Shown: positions 35,866-45,211 of the stretch, in pieces | How the letters are laid out: every line of letters begins with the position of its first letter | Numbering within the stretch: position 1 is the first letter of the stretch | Virus record (IMG/VR): IMGVR_UViG_2909739949_000002 | Location: 82,529-146,528 of that record | From: a virus | Taxonomy: Duplodnaviria > Heunggongvirae > Uroviricota > Caudoviricetes | Reading direction: 5' to 3' (one strand) | Length of the DNA stretch: 64,000 nucleotides | Program-made: the position numbers and the translations under genes | The notes under the pieces: model-generated | Seen by the model: the letters and a program-made list of their open reading frames with translations, nothing else | The model's database searches: none | What the model was told of the DNA's origin: nothing

Positions 35866-37060
35866 CAAAGCTAATATCTATAGACCTACTAAATTTAGTG
35901 AAATTCTTTCTCAGGAGAAACATGTAAGATTAGTAACTAATTTAATTAGATATAATAAACATGCAGATATAAAATGTTTGATGTTAGCTGGGCCTCCAGG
36001 CTGCTCGAAAAGTACGTTAGCAAACTTATATGCTAGAGCTACTTTATGTAGGAATAGAAAAGCAGGGGAATATGAACCTTGTGGAGAATGTCCTATTTGT
36101 CTAGGAGAAGATACAGCTAATATACATGAGTATGTATTTAGTGAGAACAATGCTCAGACAAAAGCAGAGATAAATAGATTAATAGAGATAAGTTATCAAT
36201 ATCCTATTAGTACTACTAAAGAATCACATAGATATAGAAGATTTATTATTATAGATGAAGCTGAACTAGCTACACCAGAGAATCTAGCCTTGTTGTTGAA
36301 GCCGTTAGAACATAGTCCAAGTACAACTACTTGGATAATCATATCTATGGATTTAGAGAAACTAGAAAAGAAAGAGCCTATTATTTGTGAGGCTATAACT
36401 AGTAGATCTATAGTCCTTAGGATGAATAGATTATCTAAAGAGGAAATAGCTAAGGGGTTATTGAACAAATATGATTTAGATCATAGAAGTGCTTTACTAA
36501 TTGGTGAGATTAGTAAAGGGAATATGAGAGATGCGTGGAATATTATTACTCACCTATTAATTCTAGAAGGAGATATAGAGAATATTAATGAAGAGAAGAT
36601 ATATAGCTTATATCTAGGAGGAGCGCATCCTGATAGTAGAAATAATATGTGGGAAGCCTTATCTAAAGGGGAAGCAAAAGAAGTAGCTAGGATAGTAGAA
36701 GGATGGGAGAAATTGAGTCCAGATCCTAAGTACATAGCAACTCTATTAGAGAAAGATATACTCTATTCAATAATAAACTTTAACACTTCCTGTCAAGACT
36801 TATTAACTGATTTAGCTATATGGCATGGGTCTAGTAATAGATATAGTTTATTAGCTGTTTTATTGAACCATCTAAATATTAGTGTAAAGGTGCAAATGAA
36901 TATAAAGAAAGAAGAGTCTGTAAGAGATAGTATTAATGGTCAATTAATGAAAGCTTTAAATAAAAGAAAAGGAATTCCTTTCTTTTTAGCAAGTAAATCA
37001 TTTAAAGAATGTTCAGAAAGGTATAGCAAAGGTGATATACTTCACAATCTCACCAATTGA
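35858..37060 (+). CDS. dnaX: DNA polymerase III gamma/tau-like clamp loader ATPase
   Basis: YRPTKFSEI, GPPGCSKST, C...PCGECPIC, IIDEAE, SRS, GNMRDA. Confidence 0.88.
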   Translation: MTNKANIYRPTKFSEILSQEKHVRLVTNLIRYNKHADIKCLMLAGPPGCSKSTLANLYARATLCRNRKAGEYEPCGECPICLGEDTANIHEYVFSENNAQTKAEINRLIEISYQYPISTTKESHRYRRFIIIDEAELATPENLALLLKPLEHSPSTTTWIIISMDLEKLEKKEPIICEAITSRSIVLRMNRLSKEEIAKGLLNKYDLDHRSALLIGEISKGNMRDAWNIITHLLILEGDIENINEEKIYSLYLGGAHPDSRNNMWEALSKGEAKEVARIVEGWEKLSPDPKYIATLLEKDILYSIINFNTSCQDLLTDLAIWHGSSNRYSLLAVLLNHLNISVKVQMNIKKEESVRDSINGQLMKALNKRKGIPFFLASKSFKECSERYSKGDILHNLTN

Positions 37061-37862
37061 GTTAGTCAAATATCATATAAATAAACAGCTAGGAATATTA
37101 CCAGACGTAATAGAAGTAGATAGTGTTAAGGATATATATGGAGTTCTTATTAAAGGTACAAGTTTTAAGAAGTCTATTAATTTAATAAATGCTAGTAGGA
37201 TTAGTAAAGGAGAGATGGCGAAATTCGTATATAAACAGGGAGCTTTTAATACTACTTATATAGTATTAAATGAGTCTTGTTATAAAGAATTTCAAAAGAA
37301 ATATAAAGCATCAGTTAGTGTAAAAGGAATATTAATTAATCCTGATTTATATAAAAGTAATTTATTGAAGCTGAAAAGTTTATTTGAAGATGAGGCATAC
37401 GAATGGATCTGGGATAAGTTTAAATACAATCCAAGTAAGTTAGACAAAGAATTAAATAGATTACTTCTTTCTGTAGAAAAGAAAAAGTACTCTAGAAAAG
37501 AGTTAGTTGATATGTATGAAGGAATAGGAGGAGTCTATGCTTATAGACAGTACATAGGTTCTATAAGGGGCACTGAATTACTTAGTAAGATGAGTGATAA
37601 AGAGTTGTGGATGTTAGTAGTAGGGGGAAATAAAACTCCCTGTTTATTCTACAAATTTCTAGTAGAAGATACTAATAGAAAGCCGCTTCTATATCATTAC
37701 TTATTAATAGTAAGAGAAGCTGTACAAGATGGTCTTATTCCAGTAAGAATAGGTGCAATTTTATTTAATGAGTGGGTTAGATATCTTTCTCTACCTAGAG
37801 AAGAATATATAACGATTAGTAGTGAACAAGTAAAAAGATTAAGTAGGTTAAATAGAGGCTAA
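37032..37862 (+). CDS. possible clamp-loader delta-like subunit
   Basis: Follows dnaX; NPSKLDKELNRLLL resembles the HolA signature. Confidence 0.45.
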   Translation: MIYFTISPIELVKYHINKQLGILPDVIEVDSVKDIYGVLIKGTSFKKSINLINASRISKGEMAKFVYKQGAFNTTYIVLNESCYKEFQKKYKASVSVKGILINPDLYKSNLLKLKSLFEDEAYEWIWDKFKYNPSKLDKELNRLLLSVEKKKYSRKELVDMYEGIGGVYAYRQYIGSIRGTELLSKMSDKELWMLVVGGNKTPCLFYKFLVEDTNRKPLLYHYLLIVREAVQDGLIPVRIGAILFNEWVRYLSLPREEYITISSEQVKRLSRLNRG

Positions 37863-37864
37863 TT

Positions 37865-39037
37865 ATGGCTAAGAAGAATAATGATTCAGTAGATAACAAT
37901 GTATTTAGTGAAGATACTAATGATTTTGGTGACTTCTTAAAGACCTTAGATATTGACTTGAGTACTCTAGAAGATGAGGGAAGTACTGCAACTAGTAGTA
38001 CATATACACCCTTTACTAAAGTAGAGAATATTAGAGTCTTAGTAGCTAAATGGGGTGATTCTGGTTCTTTTACTTGGTCTATGCCGGGTAATTTAGAATA
38101 TATAGAAGAATTAGAAGGGCTAGCTAATCCTAATTGGATAGGAGGATTCATTCTCCATGCTGAGATTAAATCTTCTCTAGAAGAAAAGGGAGAAGATGGA
38201 ATGAATAATACTTCTATCTGTTCTGTAGTAGGATTTCGTAATCCAGTAACAGGAGAGTGGTTGAAGAAACTACCTGACTTTTATGCTATTACTGGCATGT
38301 ATGATCCTAAGACTTGGGATGATAGAACTAAAACCCCGGATAGAACTAAGCCTGCTCCAGAAATAGACAGGATTAGAATGGTTGGTAGTAGAAATCAATT
38401 CTGTGCTGATTGCATTAGAAGTGGAAACTCTGTACTAAAAGATCCATCAGGAGAAATAGTTTCTGAGTGCGGGCCTTATGGTCGTTTATTCTTCTATGTT
38501 ACAGAGATAGGTAAGAGTAAGAAGCTGCCTCCTTCTAAACCAGGAGAAGAACCAATTACTCAATTAACAATCAAGACTGTTAAGGAGTTACTAGGAGAAG
38601 AAGGTTTTATCTTAATGATTAAGATGCCCCATAAAACTGCAATCAAAGGCAGATGGGATAGCCAAATAGTAGAGAATAGAAGAATAGGCTATGCTATGTA
38701 TCTTAATACACTTAAGAGACAATTCTCTAGTCTAGGTGATTATCGTAAAGATCCTAGATTTGTATATACTTCTATTGCTATTAAGCCTCCTATTGAAGGT
38801 TCTAAAAGCAGTAAGAATTATCTACACTTCGAGGCTGTAGATTATGACAATGATGAGGCACCTAAAGTTTCTCATAATCTACAAAAGAAAGCGATTGAAG
38901 TATGGAGTGAAGTCAATCCTAATAAACAAAAACTACTACTAAATAGTATTCCTGGTATTGTTCCAGTAGTAGAATCTAGATCGCTTCCTCCTATGAAGAG
39001 CGCTGTTGTTGAAGATAATAGTAGTCCATTCGCATAA
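37865..39037 (+). CDS. hypothetical replication protein (possible ssDNA-binding protein)
   Basis: Position in replisome cluster; acidic ends, C-terminal ...DNSSPFA. Confidence 0.35.
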   Translation: MAKKNNDSVDNNVFSEDTNDFGDFLKTLDIDLSTLEDEGSTATSSTYTPFTKVENIRVLVAKWGDSGSFTWSMPGNLEYIEELEGLANPNWIGGFILHAEIKSSLEEKGEDGMNNTSICSVVGFRNPVTGEWLKKLPDFYAITGMYDPKTWDDRTKTPDRTKPAPEIDRIRMVGSRNQFCADCIRSGNSVLKDPSGEIVSECGPYGRLFFYVTEIGKSKKLPPSKPGEEPITQLTIKTVKELLGEEGFILMIKMPHKTAIKGRWDSQIVENRRIGYAMYLNTLKRQFSSLGDYRKDPRFVYTSIAIKPPIEGSKSSKNYLHFEAVDYDNDEAPKVSHNLQKKAIEVWSEVNPNKQKLLLNSIPGIVPVVESRSLPPMKSAVVEDNSSPFA

Positions 39038-39039
39038 GG

Positions 39040-39079
39040 AATATATAGAGGATAGGAAAGCCCCTATCCTCTATATATT
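39040..39079 (+). terminator. 17-bp-stem inverted repeat
   Basis: AATATATAGAGGATAGG / CCTATCCTCTATATATT. Confidence 0.6.
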
Positions 39080-39087
39080 TGTAAGGT

Positions 39088-40608
39088 ATGAATATAGAAT
39101 TCGATGCTGCTAATTGTTTCCTAATGGGAGATATAGAATCTATTAGAGAGGAACTTACTAATGATTTTATTGTGCCCTATAGTTTACTGGAACCCTTATT
39201 TAAGGGTAGTCAATGTTGCATTCCAATAGGAGTAATGAATAAAGACTATGTTTCTTTATGCAATTATCAGAATGATAAGTTATTAATTGTTCCTACTGGA
39301 TTATTAGTAAGAGTTATAAATCTATTGAAGAAAAAGAATATAGAATATAGTCTTACTAATTTAATAGATAAGAAGGTAATAGATAATGGAAAAGAGCTGC
39401 CTTCTTATTTAAGGATTAATCAAATAGAAGCTATAAATAAAGCAATCGAGAAGAGAAGAGGTGTAATTAATTTAGTAACTGGTTATGGTAAGACAGTATG
39501 TATAGCAGAGTTGATAAGAAGATTAGGAGATGGTGTTAATTGTTTAGTAACAGTACATAGAATTAATATTCTATATCAACTAAGAAAAGAGATAGCTACT
39601 CAGTTAGAAATGGATGAGAAGGAAATAGGTCTTATAGGTAATAGCAAAATTAGTATTAAGGGAATAACTATAGCTAGTAGAGATAGTATTACTTCTAAGA
39701 TAAATAGTGGAGATATAAGAGTAATAGATTATTTGAAGGAAGTGAGAGTATGGCTATTAGATGAAGTTCATCGTATGGCTAATAGTTCTGGTGCCCTTAT
39801 TAGCAGTTATATAACTAATAGTGAATATAGGATAGGGTTTACTGCTACTGATGAAGTAGAGGCACCATGTTTATTAGAAGGTATAGTGGGGCCTAATATT
39901 ATTAGAGTATTACCTAGCGAAGCTATAGAAGAGAAAGTTATTATGGAGCCCGATATTAGATTCTATTCAGTAACTAATGTTATTAATTCACCTCTAGCAA
40001 AGAGATTAGCTGGATATAAATTTAATAGTTTTGGGCCTAAAGAGATGAGAATATATAACATTCTATATGATGAGATTATATGTAAATGTCCTAATAGAAA
40101 TAAGTTAGCAGCAGAGTTGATATATGAATATAGCTTATTAGATAGAGGGCCCATTATAGTCTTTGTTAAGAAAGTTGCTACTAGTGGTGGAACTATAGAT
40201 CATGCAGACATAGTTAATAGTTATCTATCTACTTATGGCATATCTCTTCCAGTATTACATGGTAATACTTCTATAAAACAGAGACTAAGTTTAGAGAATG
40301 CTCTTAGAGATAATACTATTCCAGGAGTTATAGCTACTATTCCTATTCTTTCAGAAGGTATATCTATTAAATCAATAGGAGCAATGATGTTTTTACAAGG
40401 GGGTAGTGCTAAGAGAAATAAACAGACGGGTAAATATGAATCTATAGAATGGATACAAGGAATAGGTAGAGCCTTAAGAATCTATGAAGGTAAAGAGAAG
40501 CCAATTATCTTTGATTTTATTGATTCAGTAAGTATATTTAACACTCAAGCAGAAAAGAGATTTAAATGTGCTAATGATAATTATCCAGGTTATGTAAGAA
40601 GAGTATGA
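39088..40608 (+). CDS. superfamily 2 DNA helicase (UvsW/XPB-like)
   Basis: Q motif, TGYGKT, DEVH, FTAT, LSEGIS, QGIGRALR. Confidence 0.88.
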   Translation: MNIEFDAANCFLMGDIESIREELTNDFIVPYSLLEPLFKGSQCCIPIGVMNKDYVSLCNYQNDKLLIVPTGLLVRVINLLKKKNIEYSLTNLIDKKVIDNGKELPSYLRINQIEAINKAIEKRRGVINLVTGYGKTVCIAELIRRLGDGVNCLVTVHRINILYQLRKEIATQLEMDEKEIGLIGNSKISIKGITIASRDSITSKINSGDIRVIDYLKEVRVWLLDEVHRMANSSGALISSYITNSEYRIGFTATDEVEAPCLLEGIVGPNIIRVLPSEAIEEKVIMEPDIRFYSVTNVINSPLAKRLAGYKFNSFGPKEMRIYNILYDEIICKCPNRNKLAAELIYEYSLLDRGPIIVFVKKVATSGGTIDHADIVNSYLSTYGISLPVLHGNTSIKQRLSLENALRDNTIPGVIATIPILSEGISIKSIGAMMFLQGGSAKRNKQTGKYESIEWIQGIGRALRIYEGKEKPIIFDFIDSVSIFNTQAEKRFKCANDNYPGYVRRV

Positions 40609-41177
40609 AACGACTAGCATTATCAGGAAGAATTGGTAGTGGTAAATCTACAGTAGCAGAGATTCTTAGAGAAGAAGGATATCTAGATATAGCAATAGCA
40701 GACTGTCTTAAGAGAATGATATCTTCTATCTATAATGTGAATATAGATTATTTTCATAATCAGGAACTAAAGAATATTCGTCTATCTAGTTTAGGCGGCA
40801 TGACTCCTAGAGAAGTCATGACTTTCTTAGGTACTGATTGTTTTCATAAGATTAAAGCAACTACTTGGATAGACAAAACTATATCTGACATATCAGATAT
40901 ATTAGAACTTGATTTACCAGTAGTAATAACAGATGTTAGATTTCCTCATGAATGGTTGGCACTAAAAGAATTAGGATTCAAACTTATATATATAAATAGA
41001 TCTATAGAAGATGAGTTTGATTTTCTAAATGAAGTGCTTATATTTCTAGGTATTAGAAAGATTCATAAAAGCGAAAGATATGGGGCTTATTTAAAGGGAC
41101 AATCTTCCTACATTATTAATAATGTAGGAAATATAAGTGATTTAAAGAATCAAGTAATGAGTCTGATAAATGACTGA
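40605..41177 (+). CDS. deoxynucleoside monophosphate kinase
   Basis: GRIGSGKST, IADCLK, TPREVMTFLGT, ITDVRFPHE, HKSE. Confidence 0.85.
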   Translation: MKRLALSGRIGSGKSTVAEILREEGYLDIAIADCLKRMISSIYNVNIDYFHNQELKNIRLSSLGGMTPREVMTFLGTDCFHKIKATTWIDKTISDISDILELDLPVVITDVRFPHEWLALKELGFKLIYINRSIEDEFDFLNEVLIFLGIRKIHKSERYGAYLKGQSSYIINNVGNISDLKNQVMSLIND

Positions 41178-42426
41178 TCTAATAGAGAATAAGTATACTC
41201 ACTGGTCTAATACAAAGATCTACTTAGCTACCAGTAGTAGAAGATATGAAGCCTTAATAGCTCCTGCTGGTTGCGGCAAATCAACTCTAATTAAGGATCT
41301 TCTAAATGAAGATCCTAATTATGGTTGTTTAACTAGTAGTACAGGTATATCAGCAGTTAATATAGGAGGCAGTACTATACATAGTAAGTTGGGATATAAA
41401 GATATTCAATCTTTAATACATGAAGTAGAGAATGGAAATATTATTAAAAAGATAAGTTGGATAGCTAGAGATGGGTTTAGAAGAATTATTATTGATGAGT
41501 TATCAATGTTATCAGGAGAAGAATTAGATCTTATTTGTTTTGCTATAGAGAGATATAACAAAAGTAATTTTGTCAAAGAGTGGGGTGAAATAAGTTTATT
41601 AGGTGTAGCTGATATAGGTCAATTACCAGCAGTAAAAGGAAAGCCATTCTTTCAATCTAAAGTATGGAAACACTTTAATGTTAATTATCTATATGAAGTT
41701 ATGAGACAAGATGAGAGAGATTATATTAATAGTCTCCTAGCCGTAAGGTTAGGTAAAGCTAATGAAGTGGTTGATTGGTTTGATGAACATGTAGGATTCA
41801 ATAAAGATTTAGATAATGAGTTTAATGGTGCTACTATATTTGCTACTAACGCTAAAGCAGATGACTTTAATAGATTAAGACTTTCTCAGCTTAAAGGAGT
41901 TGAGAAAGGATATAGAAGATTTATAACAGGTAAAGCTAGAAGTGAATGGAATAGTATTCCTGAAGAGTTGAGATTAAAAGTAGGTAGTAAAGTAATTCTT
42001 CTAAAGAATAACCATAATGAAGGATATGCTAATGGTGATCTAGCTATTGTTAAAGATATGTATATAGATAAGATAATAGTTGAAGTATTGAGAAAGAAGA
42101 AAGAGGTAATGATTGAGTATATTAAATTAGAAAATAAGACTCATAAAGATGGTGCCTCTATAGGAGAACTAGCTTATCTACCAGTAAGGGGAGCAGATGG
42201 GTTAACTGTCTGGAAGATGCAGAGTTTAACAGTAGCCGCCTCTCAAATATATTTAAAGGAACCTTTCTTAGGTAAGACTAGTGGAGCTTTATATGTAGCT
42301 CTATCTAGAGTAAGAACTAAAGAGGGATTAAGATTAGTTGGTAATAGATCAGATTTTATTAAGAGATGCTATGTAGATCCGATCAATTTACCGATGATAA
42401 TAAATAGTACTAAATTTATTAACTAA
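41170..42426 (+). CDS. PIF1/RecD-like SF1B helicase
   Basis: APAGCGKS, GGSTIHS, IIDELSM, DIGQLP, RQ, YVALSR. Confidence 0.88.
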   Translation: MTDLIENKYTHWSNTKIYLATSSRRYEALIAPAGCGKSTLIKDLLNEDPNYGCLTSSTGISAVNIGGSTIHSKLGYKDIQSLIHEVENGNIIKKISWIARDGFRRIIIDELSMLSGEELDLICFAIERYNKSNFVKEWGEISLLGVADIGQLPAVKGKPFFQSKVWKHFNVNYLYEVMRQDERDYINSLLAVRLGKANEVVDWFDEHVGFNKDLDNEFNGATIFATNAKADDFNRLRLSQLKGVEKGYRRFITGKARSEWNSIPEELRLKVGSKVILLKNNHNEGYANGDLAIVKDMYIDKIIVEVLRKKKEVMIEYIKLENKTHKDGASIGELAYLPVRGADGLTVWKMQSLTVAASQIYLKEPFLGKTSGALYVALSRVRTKEGLRLVGNRSDFIKRCYVDPINLPMIINSTKFIN

Positions 42427-42440
42427 TATTTAAATTTCTA

Positions 42441-42495
42441 TTAAATAAGAGATTAAGAGATAGTTTGAATACTGATCTATTAATCTCTTATTTAA
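42441..42495 (+). terminator. 16-bp-stem inverted repeat
   Basis: TTAAATAAGAGATTAA / TTAATCTCTTATTTAA. Confidence 0.5.
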
Positions 42496-42527
42496 TGATA
42501 ATTCTAGTTTAATGAGATGAAAAGAGT

Positions 42528-43748
42528 ATGTTAGACAGAGTTAGTATCATAAAAAGCCAAGTAATAATTACTGATGTATTACCTGGATATTCTATAGGAT
42601 ATAATAAGTGCCCCAGTTGTGGTGGATATGGAAAGTTTTCTATTAACAAAGATTTAGCTAGATGTTTTAATACTTCATGTGATTTAAATAAAGCTAAGGA
42701 TGTAATAGATGTCTACAGATGGGTTAATAAAGTAGACAATTTTACTCAAGCTCTTAGCGAAATAGAAGCTACATTTGGTATTACTATAGCTAGACATAAT
42801 AGCAAAAGACTAGATCTATTTGATAAATGTGCTGATATTTATTCCTGGTATCTATGGGGAAATAAAGGCAATGCAGCTAGAGATTATTTATTCAGTAGGG
42901 GATTCAGTGAAGCAACACTAAAGAGTTATAAGATTGGTTATGCGCCTCATAATAATTCTCTAAGAGACTTTGATCTAGATACTAAAGAACTAATAAAGGA
43001 AGGTCTTTTAAATGATAGAGGGGAGTACTACTCTAATAGAATAATATTTCCTATTAGAAATACATCAGATAGAGTAGTTCACTTTACTGGTAGATATTTA
43101 GGAAATATTCCTAATGAGTTTGTTCCTAGATATAAAGATAGTCTTACTAATAAAGCTTATGGCGGCACTAAAGATTATTTAGTTCTAGAAGAAACTTTAG
43201 GAAATATTAGTGATAGTTTAATAGTAGCTGAAGGATATCCAGACACATTGAGTCTTAAGCAGAAAGGTATAAATGCAGTAGGGTTACTAGGTTTAGAAAA
43301 GTTAAGTAAGCATCAACACAAGATAAAGAATATTAGAGAGATTGTGTTTGCTTTTGACAATGATAAATATCCTATATCTCACCCTAAATATCCTGGTGAG
43401 TATAAGAGTTGGGTAGCTATTATACCTCAGCTAATAGATTTACAATTATATATGCCTGAGAGTAGGTTTTATATATGGATGGTAGATGAAGAGAAAGGAA
43501 AAGATATTAATGATTGGTTGAGTAAATATTCTCTGGATAGAGATGAGGTATTAGAAGATATTAAGAAGAGGAGAGTTGACTTATTAGAATTTCTAATAGA
43601 GAGATATGGTAATGATTTTACTTATCATAGACATCTATTGAAATTAGTAGAAGTAACTAAAAGAAAAAGGAGCCAGCTAATGAAATTAATTCCGCCAGAA
43701 ATGAATCCTATAGACTATGCTATGCAGGTAATATGGGGAGCAGCCTAG
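42528..43748 (+). CDS. dnaG: DnaG-type DNA primase
   Basis: Zn finger CPSC..C..C, RIIFPI, FTGR, TOPRIM AEGYPD, FDND, KDIND. Confidence 0.88.
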   Translation: MLDRVSIIKSQVIITDVLPGYSIGYNKCPSCGGYGKFSINKDLARCFNTSCDLNKAKDVIDVYRWVNKVDNFTQALSEIEATFGITIARHNSKRLDLFDKCADIYSWYLWGNKGNAARDYLFSRGFSEATLKSYKIGYAPHNNSLRDFDLDTKELIKEGLLNDRGEYYSNRIIFPIRNTSDRVVHFTGRYLGNIPNEFVPRYKDSLTNKAYGGTKDYLVLEETLGNISDSLIVAEGYPDTLSLKQKGINAVGLLGLEKLSKHQHKIKNIREIVFAFDNDKYPISHPKYPGEYKSWVAIIPQLIDLQLYMPESRFYIWMVDEEKGKDINDWLSKYSLDRDEVLEDIKKRRVDLLEFLIERYGNDFTYHRHLLKLVEVTKRKRSQLMKLIPPEMNPIDYAMQVIWGAA

Positions 43749-44521
43749 TAGAGATATATATCTATTTAGATATAGGAGTAGTTAACAACATAGTATTTCC
43801 TACTTATGCAGTAGGAATACTATATGTACCTAAATGGAAAGATTATATTCTTAAGGAGATAGAATGCTTTAAAAGTATAAGAGATAATTACTTAAATGGA
43901 ACTTTAAAGACAAGAGCTTATCTAAATAATATAGAGAGATTAAATAAGATAGCTAAAAGATTAGATGAGCCTTCTTATTATATAGAGATTGTTCCTATAG
44001 AGAAATATATGATTAATAAATATGGTCAGGTGAATACTATTACAAGAATAAGTAAAGTAATAGAAATGAATCTAAGATCTAGGTTTATTAATGATATAGG
44101 AGAAGTAGTAGAGACTTTTACTTATGTGGCAGCAAGAGCTAGATTCTTAGATATAAAAGGTAGAAATATAATTTATTTATCTAGTAATCCAAAGAGTAAT
44201 AAGAATTTACTAATACCATTTACTTTTACTACTTGTCTAAAGAAATTAGATGAAGAGAGATATATAAAAGATAGAGGGTGGGGCAGAGATATATTTAATA
44301 AAATGAATATTTATTTCTTAGAGAGATTATTAGAAAAGGATTATCTATATGATTATTACTCTATTAATTTAATAGTTTATTATTTATGCTTTCACTATAG
44401 TGGTAAAGGCAAGACAATAAAAGATAATTTACCTTTGTGGTTAATTAAACACTTTGAGAGTTATATAAATGAAAGATACGATTACTTGCGGTATTATAGA
44501 AACATTACCCTTCCTAAATGA
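43733..44521 (+). CDS. hypothetical protein
   Basis: ORF track, 262 aa. Confidence 0.6.
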   Translation: MGSSLVEIYIYLDIGVVNNIVFPTYAVGILYVPKWKDYILKEIECFKSIRDNYLNGTLKTRAYLNNIERLNKIAKRLDEPSYYIEIVPIEKYMINKYGQVNTITRISKVIEMNLRSRFINDIGEVVETFTYVAARARFLDIKGRNIIYLSSNPKSNKNLLIPFTFTTCLKKLDEERYIKDRGWGRDIFNKMNIYFLERLLEKDYLYDYYSINLIVYYLCFHYSGKGKTIKDNLPLWLIKHFESYINERYDYLRYYRNITLPK

Positions 44522-44822
44522 CAAAGGGTTAGACATAATACAGATACATTTGTTAAATGATCTAAAGCTTCAATCTATGGAAGAGAAAGAGCCTTTAGAA
44601 GAATATATATCTGCATTTAAGAAATTAAATGTATTATTATTAGGAGTGTTTATAGACCTAGTAGAAGGTAAAGAGAAGGCAGTTTTTGTAAATAGTAATT
44701 TAGATATGATTATACAAAAACCAGAGCTATTAAATCAGTTTCTAGAATTTAGAAAGAAAGTGTTTAAGAAATATCAAAGTGAAATAGTAGAAATATTTGA
44801 AGAATTACAAAAGGAGCTATAA
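44469..44822 (+). CDS. hypothetical protein
   Basis: ORF track. Confidence 0.55.
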   Translation: MKDTITCGIIETLPFLNDKGLDIIQIHLLNDLKLQSMEEKEPLEEYISAFKKLNVLLLGVFIDLVEGKEKAVFVNSNLDMIIQKPELLNQFLEFRKKVFKKYQSEIVEIFEELQKEL

Positions 44823-44834
44823 GAAGGAGGCAGC

Positions 44835-45191
44835 ATGATAATAGATACCCAATTACTAGAGACAATAAAAAGATCTAATGATCTAGAATGGGTTCTAGAA
44901 GATCTAGTAAGAAATGATCCTAATCATTCTTCGAGAAAAGTACAGAATAGAGCTATATCTAAAGACATGATTGATGTTTGTGTAGCTTTAGGTAGAAAAG
45001 AAAGAAGCTATGGTCAAATAACTTTCACTCTAACAGATAGATGTCTAATAAAGAGTCAGTTCAAGAAGTATATAGATTCTTTAAGGGGATTAAGAATAGT
45101 AGGATCTATAGAAGGCAAACTGCTAATGATTAGAACAGTTTACTGGTACGACAAAGTTAGTAGAAAGAAACCTAGAATACAAAACAAATAA
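44835..45191 (+). CDS. DUF4258-like (RelE/BrnT-fold) protein
   Basis: HSSRKVQNRAISKDMIDVCVALG; GGAGG SD. Confidence 0.55.
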   Translation: MIIDTQLLETIKRSNDLEWVLEDLVRNDPNHSSRKVQNRAISKDMIDVCVALGRKERSYGQITFTLTDRCLIKSQFKKYIDSLRGLRIVGSIEGKLLMIRTVYWYDKVSRKKPRIQNK

Positions 45192-45193
45192 AA

Positions 45194-45211
45194 AAGGGGC
45201 AGATGCCCCTT
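45194..45211. terminator. bidirectional terminator at the major strand switch
   Basis: AAGGGGC AGAT GCCCCTT with upstream A-run, between convergent blocks. Confidence 0.75.

Noticed and set aside
2278-39963. Short minus-strand ORFs starting at 2278, 5403, 8208, 15507, 23216, 23583, 24093, 28189, 31062, 35911, 36196, 36550, 37816 and 39963
   Set aside because: All lie antisense over longer, motif-bearing or operon-coupled plus-strand genes and have shadow-like composition
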